Shown: positions 13,225 to 30,140 of the stretch, one piece after another | Numbering within the stretch: position 1 is the first letter of the stretch | Layout of the letters: every line of letters begins with the position of its first letter | Assembly (NCBI RefSeq): GCF_009914755.1 | Contig: NC_060934.1 | Length of the DNA stretch: 64,000 bases | DNA from: the human T2T-CHM13v2.0 reference genome, Homo sapiens | Reading direction: 5' to 3' (one strand) | Translations under genes and position numbers: made by a program | The notes under the pieces: model-generated | Seen by the model: only the letters and a program-made list of their open reading frames with translations | Told to the model about the DNA's origin: nothing | The model's database searches: none

Positions 13225-13685
13225 ATTTCTAGTGCCAGACACCAGGTAACTACTCACTCATTTTCCATTCATTCCGGAAAAATGGCAGAACCATATTTCT
13301 TAGGGTTTCTTGCAGTTAAATGGAAATGTGACATATATCTACCCTATAAAATGAGAACTGAAGTGGCACTCGCCATTTTCAGGCATAAAACTCTGTCATG
13401 TACAATTCCCAATGCTATCTTCTTCTTCACCACCTTCATGCACAGGAGCATGGCAGCCTTGGAAGTGTTGAAGCTGGTGGAACCATAGGATGTAAGGACC
13501 CAGGTCTCTGAGTCACTTCCTTAAAAAGAGCCATCCATTGACTAGGAACACCAATTTCTGCACATTCTTTGAACGATAAATAGACCTCCATCACCTTGGA
13601 ATGAGAAACAGACCTCATTTTTTTTCCGAGCCATTGTATAGTTGAATGGATGCTTGTCATAGCAACTGGCATTACCCTGGCTATT
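13225..13685 (+). mobile_element. MLT1 (MaLR) solo LTR, MLT1I/J-like
   Basis: ggtctctgagtcacttcc...gagccattgtatagttgaatggatgcttgtcatagcaactggcattaccctggcta matches the MLT1 3' end. Confidence 0.7.
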
Positions 13686-14114
13686 GGATTCTACTTCCAA
13701 AAAACTGCATGGATTAGGCTTGACTCAATTAAAATGACTTCAAGTCAGTCAGCCAGATAACAAGATATATGGAAATCTACATATTTCACTCACACAATGC
13801 TAAATAACTTGTTTGGCAATTTTATCCTTGTTGGAGTTAATGGTTGAACCTGAAAATGGTTGATTTTCTTATTAGTTCCTGGTTTGGTTTCTCTATCTTA
13901 ATCTTGTGTTTTGAGGCTGTCATGTAACTACCACATAAATTATCTCTGAACATACGTTTTTGTATCAGTTTGTTTTATTAACATATCCCCTTAGTTCACT
14001 ATTCAGAAAGCTGTCCCTTGGCCTGTGTCTTAGAGACAGCCTGAGATTTGATTTGCATCCTTGCATTTTAGTGCCTTTGCACAGTCAGAGAAGAAATAAA
14101 ATCAATTCAAGCTT

Positions 14115-14683
14115 TGGAGGTACAGAACATGCTACCCCAAAATATGCCACTTTGGCATAAGGATTCTTTTGGGCTAAAGACAATTGAGAATATGCTAATA
14201 CAAGAAAATCTTTCAAACCCTTCCCGTATGCCTAAGGCAGGGCATCATTTGTAAAGGTGTCTCCCTTTCTCTCTACCCAGAAGGACAGGAGTTAATCACC
14301 GAAAAAACTCTAGCCCCTTATCATCCTGTAGGGTCCACAGAAGTTGACCTAACAAACCTCACTCACTAGCCCTTGCCTTGTAGCCTCATATGTTTACTAT
14401 CTCCCAGTTTGCTGCTCTGGAAACTAAATGTCCGTTTTCTTTCTCTTGTCATCACTGTAATAATTAATTGTTCTTTTGTTAAGATGCTATAGAAGCCCAA
14501 GTTCAAACCACCCAGTAGAGTGACTCATCACTGGGTTTTCTTATGTGTATGTAGGATGTGAGTGTTAGTAAACTCCTGATTGTTTTTGTCTTGTTAATCT
14601 ATGTTTTATCAGTCTAGTTTGCAGGGTCTCAATCAGTGAACTTAAGATTGGCGTAAGAAAAATACATTTTTTCCTCTGCTACA
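14115..14683 (+). mobile_element. ERV1-class solo LTR, MER34-like
   Basis: TG...CA termini; start ccccaaaatatgccactttggcataaggatt and end cttgttaatctatgttttatcagtc...ttcctctgctaca typical of the MER34 group. Confidence 0.8.
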
Positions 14684-14764
14684 ATGTCTTCGGGAGGAGG
14701 CACATTATTCTGCCTACCACATACAGCTACCCTATAAGGCTGAGTGGTTGTTTCTAATTCATGT

Positions 14765-14880
14765 AGTCATCAATTTATCCACACAATAAATATTCACTAA
14801 GCACATGCTCTCTTTCAGGCACTGTGCAGACTCTGGGCTTAGAGAGCTGAGCAAGACAGTGGAGTCCCTCTGGAGACCCA
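14765..14880 (-). mobile_element. L2 3' end fragment
   Basis: aataaatattcactaagcacatgctctctttcaggcactgtgc. Confidence 0.65.
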
Positions 14881-16682
14881 GAGACAAGAGGAAAGCAAAG
14901 ACCAGCTATGAAAGCACATCCAAAGGCCTGAGCATTCCCAGGGAAGATCTGCAGAGGACCTGGACATGGTTGATGCAAATCTTGGTGGACACTATAGGAT
15001 GTGTTAGGTTCAGGCCCACAGGACAGGATCAGAGTTCACAGCACAAAGACCCTGTTCTCTGCCAGGGTCTGAGCACTTTCAGGGAACACTTCCCAGAGTT
15101 TTCCACTCACAGAGCCTGGTGAGTAGCTTTGCTAAACATCAAGAAATCATCCTGGGGATTGAATTAAAAGGTTGGCAAGCCGAGAAGTCTTGGGATCCTC
15201 TGGACTAGGATACCCCTTTCAAGAGGGGAGATAAGTTATCAGGCTTTCAGGCTCTTGATAAATGTCTTACAGATGGGTGATTATGAAATGGCTGTGTTGT
15301 CACTTTACAGACCTGCGTTCCTGCCAAATGCACACAGACTTGGATCCTCTGAAAGTCTGTTGAGGTTAGCACTACCTCCCGCGTAGATGCTCTTTAACAC
15401 AGTGTGACTATTGCAGGTCTTGCAGGTCGGCTGCCTCTGGGGAGGGGTAAAATGTGCTTCGTGCCAATCACTAAGTGGTGTTCAGGAGGAAAAGAGCTGG
15501 AGGAAAAGCAGAGGAAAGGACAAGTTATGATGGAGAAGCATTTTTCTTGGCAACAGCCCTTCCTTCCTCAGTGTGGCTGGTGCCTCCTCACCTTCTCACC
15601 TCCTCACCTTTCACAAAAGATTCTCAGCTCCCTTCTTCCTCTTATCTTTTCTTTTTTTCCCGCCGGCTGTTTAGAGTGAGAAAAATATCTGGAAGAGACA
15701 ATGCTTTGATAAGAAATGATTAAATTCCACTGTGATTGGGGGCATCACGACCACTGCCGAGTTCCATATCTCAGAACACAATAGCCCAGCAGGGACATCC
15801 GCGTGGACTGCGTTGCCTCTGCCCAGCCATGGAGCAAAGGTCTCTCATTTCTCCTCTCACTTCAGACCTGCTGCAGCGCTCACACTGTCCTCCTATAATA
15901 ATGCCAGAGAGAAAGAAAAGCCCTTCGACTCATGTCCCTGGCTAGGGCTGAGATTTCTAGGAGGAGGTAGGGAGGATCGGGGAAAGATATGAATTCTCTT
16001 TAGATAAGTGGCTGATTGAAAAATGTAAAAGGATGCTTCTCGGGTCTGGTACTTATGATATCACCAGCATCCATCTGTGTTTGTTAAGCATCTCTCCAAC
16101 CACTGGGATGTTTGCAGGTTTATGTCATACTCTTCCAGGAAAATATTTAATACATGGACAAATTAGGAGCCAGTGTTAGAAACAAAAATAGATAAACTGT
16201 TAAATAAGGGTTGTGGTTCTCTCAGAAGGTGCTAGTAGGAGACTCTGCTTTTAATGTCTACTTCTATAAACAGATCCTAGTTGCTTTGCTGCTATACAAA
16301 AAGCAAACCTTTTATAATCCTGTTTTCAGTTTTTTCAATATTAGTATTCACTATGAAGTCTCATTTACTTTATCATTTACAGAGTGACACTTAATCACAA
16401 AATCTAGTCAGAGATTTCAAAGAAAACACGGGGAAAAACCCATCAATATGCTGATATATTAATGGTTTACTAGCTAGTTACTATAAATAAAACTCCAACA
16501 TACGCTACCAACTATCCCTTTCTCTCACCTCTTGTTCCTCCTTCTTCTTCTTGATTTTCATTTTTGTTCCTGAATAGGCAAGGTTACACACAATTTATTT
16601 AAAGGACATTTACTCTCAACCTAACGTCTTCACTACCACCAGCCTGTAAAACACTGGCACCTGGACAACATAATATTTTCAT

Positions 16683-16693
16683 TGCTGAGTCAT
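16683..16693 (-). promoter_or_regulatory. Consensus ARE / NF-E2 (CNC-sMAF) motif
   Basis: TGCTGAGTCAT (reverse complement ATGACTCAGCA); motif only. Confidence 0.3.
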
Positions 16694-17208
16694 TTCCTCT
16701 GGTAAATTTTATCTAAAAGGATAGAAAACAGCATAAACACCATAACTGGTAAAGGTGTAATTTCCAGATTCTGTGGACAATGTGAATCTACTTTGTTTAC
16801 ATTTTCTAATCAAAACAACCTGTAACCTCCAACAAAAGCATTGTGTTTAACAGGAGTTCTCAAATTCTTTAGGAGAAAGTACAGTGCAAACAAAGGGAAT
16901 CTGGATTCTTTTAAATACAAAGCTGTCCATCACAGGGAAAGGTGCTTGAACCTGGAAAGTATATTTCAAATATAACACGAGTGACTGATTTAGAACTGAA
17001 AATGCATTTTCTGTGATTAGAATGGATGTATTATTTGAAGTATAAGCCCAGCTCTTGTGGACGAAACATAGCAGCACAGAACACAACCTGCCTGGGGACT
17101 GAGTCAGCTTTGCCGGGAGCATAAAACATTTAATGGCCCATAAAACTGACCTCAGCTTTTCTTTCTTTCACCAGAAATACAGGTGGAAATGAGCAGCTCT
17201 ATGTTATG

Positions 17209-17400
17209 ACAAATCAGTCGACGAGTATCTATTCTCCACCTCCTTGGTGTCTGGCGCTGTGTGAGGCACAGGCAGCGTAAGGGTGAATAAGGTACAAAGA
17301 ACCCTGCTGTCACTGAGCTGTTAGCTGAGAAGGTAGAGAGGACATGAAGCCAATCATTACAAGGCATCCCAAAAGATAAATGAACAAGTGGCATGGAGTT
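17209..17400 (-). mobile_element. L2 3' end fragment
   Basis: tgtctggcgctgtgtgaggcacagg...gaataaggtacaaagaaccctgctgtcactgagctg. Confidence 0.6.
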
Positions 17401-17489
17401 GTGGCCACGCTTGTGGAGTATGAGCTCAGGCTATTCCCCTTCAAATACTGATTCAAGACGACAGGAGATGATCTTGAGCAGGATGCAGA

Positions 17490-17630
17490 AGTTTCTGAGC
17501 CTGAATTTCCCTAATTGTAAAATGGGAGAATTTCTAGTAGCTCCCTGACAGCACTGAATGAGAAGTAAATGTATTAATACTTGTAAATTGTGCCCACAGT
17601 ATGCCAGGCAGCTGATAGAATTCATATGCA
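17490..17630 (+). mobile_element. MIR
   Basis: tctgagcctgaatttccctaattgtaaaatggga is the MIR core. Confidence 0.75.
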
Positions 17631-18084
17631 TTAGTAAAGGTGATTTTTACAATATTTGTTCCTGTTTTGTACGCTTTACATTTAAGTCCCTGTTATGAAT
17701 TGTACACTATCCAAGCAAAATGCATTTTTAAATTCTCACCAACATGCATACTTTCTCTGTCTAATGAAGTAATTTGTAAGATAATAGCGCTGTCTTTGTG
17801 TCCTATTACATTCTTATTCCAACTCTTTCATGATACAGGATGGAAAACAAAATAAAATGAAATCGTTTATTACCTCCACTTTCCAAGCAAGAACTGAACG
17901 TCAGGAAGAGCCCATCTCTTGGGTTACAATCCAACCCTTTTCTCAAGATGTTTTTCAGGGAACCCAAATTAAAACAGCAACTTTTTTCTCTTTTTTGTTA
18001 ATGATTCATATTACACATTTATTCAAGGAACAAGAAGCAAAAATTCAAGGAATACCAGGTGGCATTCTATTTAAGTGAGTCAGC

Positions 18085-18375
18085 AATTATAACTAATATT
18101 TATTGGGAGTTTACTCAACGTCATTCACAATTCTTAAGAACCTTAAATGATTCCTTCTCTGATAAGGGCTACAAAGAAGTCAGATTCTGTATGTGTGTTG
18201 TGGCTTCTGACTATCTCAGTTCAGCTCTCAGTACATTCATCTGGGGAAAGTTTCCCAACAACCATTGAGGAAGATTTCATTACTATCCTCATTTTAGTGA
18301 CCAGGCCATTGAAATGAAGTGAGGTCAGCACTATACTCCCCGTAACTGAGAGAGACCTCAAATCTAGGTTTTCAA
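18085..18375 (-). mobile_element. MIR
   Basis: aatatttattgggag...caacaaccattgaggaagatttcattactatcctcatttta. Confidence 0.6.
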
Positions 18376-19605
18376 TTCCTATACCCTACAAACGTTTGAA
18401 GTATCAACTCTATGAACGTGGATCATGAAGAATTAAGTCCATTTTATTAACTTGACTTATATTTCACAATCGAAAAAGTGGCCACAGTTATTTTGGTGAC
18501 TTTCTGTGTATCTGTGTGTGAGATGCCAAGTTCACCAAACACTAGAACTGCCTTAAACACTAACAGGAAGGCCAAAATAATTTGCCTCTCTTACTCTAGT
18601 TCACAAATTTTACCAAGCTAACCACTTAGTAAAAACAAGTTTCTAGTCTTTATTTTGATGTAGCTCTTTGAGTATGGGTTGGCTACATATTTGAGGACAT
18701 GCAATTTTCTTTTTCATTGAATTAGACTGTCAATTCCAGTAAACTTTGCTTTGGGGATAAGAGGAGAGGTTAAATTCCATGTAAAGGAAATTAGATGGAA
18801 CTGAGGAAACCCTTTAACTTGGAAACAGAAGAAACACTGCTACTACAATGAAAAAATAAACCATAGCTGAAAATGTATGCATGAAGGGATTATGAGTAAA
18901 TCATATACATCTGTGTTTAACCAGAAGGAAAAAAGGTCAGCCTTGTACCATGTGTTCAAACCAACCATTTGTGGAAATTTCATTATTTTAATTTATTTTC
19001 AGTATTGGCTAAATGTGACAATGCATTTTATTTTGGGCTGTGTCTGAAAACACAAATTGGTTCAACTATATTTGTCTCAAAAATTGGCCGATTCCCCTCT
19101 GCATATCATCTTTTGGGCTCAAAATTATTGGAGGGAAATATGCAGTACATTATTCTCTTTCTTCAGTGACTCAACACTCTTCCATCCAGCAATAACCCTC
19201 ATGGACTCTACTCTCACTTCTCATTGCCTTTATCTTGTTGGCTCAAAATACATATTTACATGGACTCTATTCATTCTCTAATTCATTAGATGTTGGCATT
19301 GCTTTCACAGAATTTGTTATTTTGTGGAGTACTTGGGCTTGGTATCCACCCTTGTTCTTGGGTCAGTGGATCCTCGACCATCTCTTTCATGGGCCACCAT
19401 AATTAGTGATTGAGAAGCAAGGATTTGGACATTTTTTAATGATAAGTGGTTGGTCACTGGAGTTAACAAAAGTTGGGAAAAAGTTGAACAATCTTTTAGG
19501 TACATCAAAGCATTTACTGAAAACCAGCAATTCACATTTTTATGATGAAAGAAGAAACATGATTTTAGAAGTTGATGCACATAAAGGTGGAAGCTCTTGG
19601 CGTCA

Positions 19606-19993
<388 letters not shown>

Positions 19994-20199
19994 GAAGTAG
20001 GAAAACATAGCTAGCAAGGACTAAAGAGGCTCAGTAGGGTATAACAGAAAATTTCCTGGATCTCACCGCCTGCCCTGGGGCTGTTTTTCCACCCATTTAT
20101 TTCTAGATACTAATATGGACAACAATTTAGTGACCCCCCAAACTTAGCTGACTTATTAGCCTTCTTTATCCTAAAAGTGCAAGATATGAGCAAGGTATC

Positions 20200-20433
20200 T
20201 AGTATTCTACAGTATCCTATAGCATTGTGGGATAACTATAGTTAACAATAATATATTATATAGCTTCAGATCACTAGAAGGAGGATGCTAAATATTCCCA
20301 ACACAGAGAAATGATAAATGTTTGAGATGATAGGCTGATTACTCTGATCACTATACATTGTATGTACGGAAACCTCACTATGTACCCCGTAAATATAGAC
20401 AGTTTTGTGGTAACTAGAAAAATAAAATAAAAA
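20200..20433 (+). mobile_element. L1MA-type 3' end
   Basis: actatagttaacaataat...cccaacacagagaaatgataaatgtttgagatgat...ctgatcactatacattgtatgta. Confidence 0.88.
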
Positions 20434-22155
20434 GAAGGAAGAGATAAACTAGCAAAGACAAGTGGAGGCAAAGCCACACCGAGCCTGTGGCCCTCTCCAG
20501 GCAGCACATCCTCCCATGAAGAGCAGGCACCTGCCCTGCCTGCTTCAGGGCTGTGCATGTTTCCCACACACCACTTTCTTCTTCCCAGCACCATATTCTC
20601 ACTTAAGACTTAATCTGATATATAAGCTAAGCTTTCACCAGTTCTGAGACATGTTTCTTAGTGTGGTTTCATGCTCAAAAAATTTGAAGGAGAAATTGTA
20701 AGGGCCAACTTGGCCAAAGGCAAGAAATAACATCTCAAGGTGATGAAAGGAGATATTTACTTAGAAAGCTATCCATTTCTTAATAAGTAAGATTTCATCA
20801 CTTTCCAAAATGCATGGGTCTCAGGATTTTAAAAAAATACACTCCACTTTTTTTTGTATTTTCAGGCATGGGAACTAGTGTATTATTTTATATATCACTA
20901 TACTGTAATACAGTTGTGAAAATATAGCTTGTTGAATGAGGAAAACAGGTAATTTTCTAAATTCAGTCTTTTTAGGATTTGGTGGTTGTACACCCTGACT
21001 TTCATATGCTGCATATATAATAATTAAAATATGTAATGATATATTAATTCTGTTCTAGCTTATCTTAATAAAGGTTTTGGGCATCCTAGTATTGCATGAA
21101 TAATTAAATATAAAATAATCCTTTGTATCTGTAGAGTAGTTAACTCACTAGTTCTTACTGCCTCTGACATGCATATATAATTGCATAAAATGACGCACAC
21201 CCAAATATTCCATTATTGTTAGGGTAATCAACAGATTTTGCTAACCAATTATGCTAATGTGAATGAAATAAGAGTGTAATAACATAAAACTTTTTAGAAT
21301 TTCATTAGTCATTAGGGACATAGTAGAGATAAGCAAATCATTAACATTTCAGCTATTTTAGTAGTTTTAATAACTATAGCTTCTAATTTAGTTATAAATG
21401 CATATGCAGCCTCCAAGTCCAGCAGTGTGGACATATTGATAAGGGGAAAACCAGCTTGCGAGAAATATGAAATTAGGGACAAATGTAGGAGAACACATTT
21501 AACTTATTTAAAATCATATGGAATGTATCCATAGAAGGTAACACTGAAGCCCATCTCAGCCTGAACTCTGAGCAAAAATAGAAATGAAAGTTGATAGAAT
21601 TTGAAACCGTAAGTGTGCACCTGGAATATATTTTGAGAACTTGTATTTGCGCTACTTACGTGATCCAGGAACCAGCAAGCTAAGCCATGAACTAAGGAAT
21701 TATTCCCAGGCCAATTACTTGTCAGAGGCTCTTGGCAAAAGTAAACAAAAACCCTCCATGGGGTGCGATCACAAGCCAGGCCACAAGGGATCTTCCAAAC
21801 AAGAGCCTCACACTCACGAATTACACAACCCAACATTCACAAGAGCTGGCATGTACCATGAAAATTAATCCTCAGACCAACAATTTGAGATAATAAAATG
21901 GCAATCTGAAAAAGTATTTTTTTAAAAAAAAATTAAGATGTTTCCAGGGATAAATATAATCAAACCCCTAAGAAAACAATAAGGCATGTTGAAAAAGTGA
22001 ATAAATGAAACCCAGTGGAACTTAAAGAAATAAAAAATATAATCTTTACTATAAAATTAGTGGATGGATTTAACAGCAAGTATAAACACAATGAAATTTA
22101 AAAAACAGATTAGAAGAAGATATCCAGGGAAAACAGCACAGAATTGCACCACACG

Positions 22156-22162
<7 letters not shown>

Positions 22163-22198
<36 letters not shown>
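22163..22198. repeat. (CA)n microsatellite followed by poly(A)
   Basis: Direct reading. Confidence 0.95.
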
Positions 22199-22200
<2 letters not shown>

Positions 22201-22921
22201 CAAAAAAAAAAAAAAAACCTAGGAGCTCACAAGTAGAAGAGTTGATGTGCAGTTGGGATACAGTGAAAATATTCAACTTATAAATCAGTGGGAGTTCTGG
22301 AAAACTAAATGGAGAGAATGCAATAAAAAAAAATTTGAAGCGCTAATTACTGAATTTCCAGAACCGAAGAGATTTGAGCATCTTCATCTCCATGACTCTT
22401 AATAAGTCATCATAGGAACAAACATCAAGTCCAAAGGGAATTTATTCATGGCAAGTAAAATGATAAAGAAAATAACATATTACCCAGAGAAGGACAATTA
22501 CTAGTCTAAAAATACATTTCTTAACAGAAGAAATAAAAAAAGTGGTAATATTTTAGAAGCAACATAATTCTAAATAATTTGTTGACCAAATGGTATAGCG
22601 CAACAATAATTAAATAATATTACAAAGCTATGTAAATGCTACATTCAAAAACTCTTGTGTATTCTAATAAAATTTGGTTTTGGATAAAAAAGATTGGCAT
22701 AAATGCATATATTAGAAAGTAGGAATAAAAATTATTAAACCAAATTCTCCCAAAAATAGTTTTAAAATTACTATTAGCCCCTAAACCCAGAAAGTTTAAC
22801 ATATGAAAAAAAAGTAATGAAATAGGAAACATCAATAGAGAGATTAAAAAATAGAGATTTTTCTTTATAGGGCTAAATAAAAATGGACAAACCCTTGAAA
22901 AGTTTAAGGAATAAAATCCCA

Positions 22922-23009
22922 GTAGTTCCAGCTACTTGGGAATAGCTTGAACCTGGAAGGCGGAGATTGCAGTGAGCCAAGATGGCGCCACGGCACTCCA
23001 ACCTGGCGA
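22922..23009 (+). mobile_element. Alu right-arm fragment without tail
   Basis: gtagttccagctacttggg...gcttgaacctggaaggcggagattgcagtgagccaagatggcgccacggcactcca. Confidence 0.9.
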
Positions 23010-25499
23010 ACCTGGGAACCTGCCTGGCATGATGGGAACCTGCCTGGGATGAATACTGAAGTGTGTGTTGGGGTTGAAAGAGCCACTGTTCACCAGTGGT
23101 CAGAGAAAACTGACTCTTCATGGCAAATATGCTCTCTACTCCACAATGCAGAGAAAAATAAAATCTATGTAGATTGAAGGTTTCAATATAAACATAATTC
23201 TAATGATTTTGAGGTAAAAGTAGGAAAACATCTTTGTGACATTTAGGGAAGAAGAATTGTTTTTTTCAGGCAAATCTTAAAAAGCAAATTCTATGGAGAA
23301 AACAAATTCGATAAATTTGATTTCTTTATAAATCAAAACTTCTCCATGAAACTATAGGTATAACAGAACAATTGAGTAAAATAAATCACATACTAGGAAA
23401 AGATGCCTATAGTTTATGTAAGCAAGAAAACGTTATTATGCAGAATGTATTGAACTTCCACAAATATACAGGGGACAAAACTATCGATGAACAGGTAAAT
23501 AGATGAAAAAGAAATTCACAAAATAAAATATGAAATTTCTAGTAAACTCATAAAAGACGGTCAGCTTCATTAGCAATCAGAGAAGTACAAATGCTCCCAT
23601 AAAGAAAAACAATTTAGTACCCAACATACAGGCACAGATGAATAAGTCTGATAACAACACTTTGGCATAAATAGAGAAAATAGGGTTGTATATTATTTGA
23701 GGGAGTGTAAATTGGTATAATAACTTTGGACAGAAATTTAGCAATACCTAGCTAAAGCTGAAATGCATATATTCTAAATCAGTCATTCTTCAGGCTAATT
23801 AACTTGAGGATAAGCTCATTCATGTTCACAGATTTACGTGTACAAATTTTTTTTTTTGTAGCAGTGTTTGAAGTAGTGGAAAAGTGGAAAAACATAACTG
23901 TCACTTAGAATGTGAATACATAATTACCTGGTTTATTTAACTGTCACTTGGTGAATACATAATTACCTGGTTTATTCTTATAGCGGTATATCATACAGCA
24001 GCTAAAATGAGTGAACTGAGTCGATATTTATATATCTAAGTCTCAGAAATGTGAAGTTTAGTGAGGAAAACAAAGCTGCAAAATAGTATAACAGGATAAC
24101 ACAATGTATAGAAATGTTTTGAAGCTGCATTGTGTATTAGCTATGGATGCTTATTTGTGTTTTAGAAGTATAGAAACAAATAGAGTAGGGGTAAAAATAT
24201 AATTCAAAATGATGGTTATTTGGGGTATTATGAGGAATGAAAAGATCAAGTGAAGCTTTAATTGTATATTTTCAGGTTTATTTGTTAAAAGACGTAAAGA
24301 CAGAGAAACACAGATGGACAGAAAGAGGCTGTTTTCACACACATGAGAGAAATGACACAAACTGTTGGCAAGTGTTCAATCTTAGTGGGTGACACATAAG
24401 CATGTATGATATTATTTTCTGCATTTTTGGCATGGTTAGAATGCTTCAGCAATCGTAAAAAAAATGAAAGTTTTATATCCATATAGTCTAGAATAACAGA
24501 AGTACATTAGATAAAGCATAAGCTTGTACGTGCATGCAGTGGAGAAACACATGCAATAGAATATATACTCTGGTGCTGATTATTGATATTAATGTTATTA
24601 TTAATATATACTCTGGTGCTATTATCTAATATAATCGAGAACACAGTTTCTAGATTATTTTGATGTAAATTTAATGTAAAATCATAATCTACTGTGATAA
24701 TAATTGCAAAGATCTTTGAGTGTTCATGTAGTAATTTCAACACATGCAATAGCTACTGTCATTTCTATTTTGTGCCGGAGAAATTTTTTTGAAAAGTGGA
24801 TAAGGAAATATGAAATCCAGATGTGCGTAATGAATATATTGTTTCACACAATAACTATGGTCTGCAAAAATCATATTTAGGAGAATTTAACAAAAATGTC
24901 ACTGGATGTTATTGAAATGTGCTGAATTTATTTTAAGTTCATTGAAAGATTCAAAGAAAGTACATACTTAAATATTGAGTATATAATTGTGCATTATGTA
25001 TATGTATAAATGAGAAAAAGAAAGGCAGGAAGGGAGGGAAAAAGAAATGTATTTGAAAAAGAAAGGTGAATATAATGAATTGTATTTTAAAAAGATCTCT
25101 TCTAAGATATCACGCTGTTGGCAGGTAGTAAGAACAGTCTTCAGTCTTCTCAACAATGTTGAGAGACCGTGAATTTCAAGAGGTAGAAGGCACTGAGGCC
25201 AAGATCTGCTGATGAAAGTATCATCAGTCACCCAACAGCACGGGAGAGGCCAGGGTAGGAGACATGGCCTAGGGTTTATGTCCAAGGGCAGTGAGTTCAG
25301 TGCCACCCCGCCACCATCCCCTGTAGCAATTACATATGAGACACCTGAAAAGTGACATCTTGAGTGGATAAACAACAGGGGAAATGAAAATGGAGACTTT
25401 TGGGAGGCTTGCTTCTCTTAGTCTTGGCTCTGAGTGGCACAGAGGAAAAGCCCATGACCTCAAGCTGGGATTCAGTTGCGGGAGGAGTTAGAATTCACA

Positions 25500-29249
<3,750 letters not shown>

Positions 29250-30140
29250 TAAGCAACAAAGACCAATTAGGAAAACAGCCTGTACATGTATAAATGGCAG
29301 AGGGCTGCATACCTAAAAAATGTGTATTGTGTGTCTGTGTGCCCTAACTCGGAAACTCATCCTACAGTCTCCTGCTAAATCCTCTGCTCATTCAGATATC
29401 TCGTTAACAAGATGGGCATGTGTATTATTATACCATGGGCTCTGTGTCATCCAGACATCTTAAAGGGAGCTGCATGTGAACATCTTCAGCTCTTTGCCGG
29501 AAATACATCAAATACGGATTATAAACTCGTCACCCACTGGGGCAAGGCTAGCTCTCCCTGCAGCTTTCAGAAGGCACTGAGGCTTTATGGATCATATTAA
29601 TCCACAGAATTAGAGATGAATTAGAAACCATAATAAATTATGATGTAAAAAATAAATCACTTTTAAAATAAAATTTAACAATTTCTGTGTGTGTGTGTGT
29701 TTTCAACCTCCTCCATGTACCTCAAACCACCTTAATCTTATCCCTAATGAGAGTTACATTTTGATGTCATATGGAGAACAGACCTTCGAGGTTAAAGGTC
29801 TAAAATAGATGTCTAATACTCTCCACGTTCAGGTAAGCAATCACCAACTATTGTTTGAGGTTACACTGCCTGGGCTTTTCAGAACTAGTGCGGTCTTTTG
29901 AAAATAAAACAAACTGAATGCAGTTTTAGCTATGCAATACGAAGTGGATAAAATCTTTAATAATTTGGGAACAAGATTATTCTAGAAACTTACTGAAAAT
30001 ATTTTACAAGTTCAATTTTTAAACTTGTGCATGATAGGTTACTCAGATGCAAGAAAGATTCACAAACTGTGAATAAAGAGAACACTATTTCATGTACTGC
30101 TATTTAATAACAGCATGAATATTTTTATATAACTTGTGCT

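Larger units (their letters stand above)
21750..24470 (+). mobile_element. Old L1ME-type element, fragmented (ORF1, ORF2 and 3' remnants)
   Basis: ORF1-like gatggatttaacagcaag; ORF2-like aaaatggacaaaccctt and cagcttcattagcaatcagagaagtacaaat; gggagtgtaaattggtataataactttgg; interrupted by (CA)n and an Alu fragment. Confidence 0.75.

Noticed and set aside
24968-25375. 135-aa minus-strand ORF
   Set aside because: No recognisable domain, low-complexity C-terminus, adjacent to old L1 sequence, no convincing splice context
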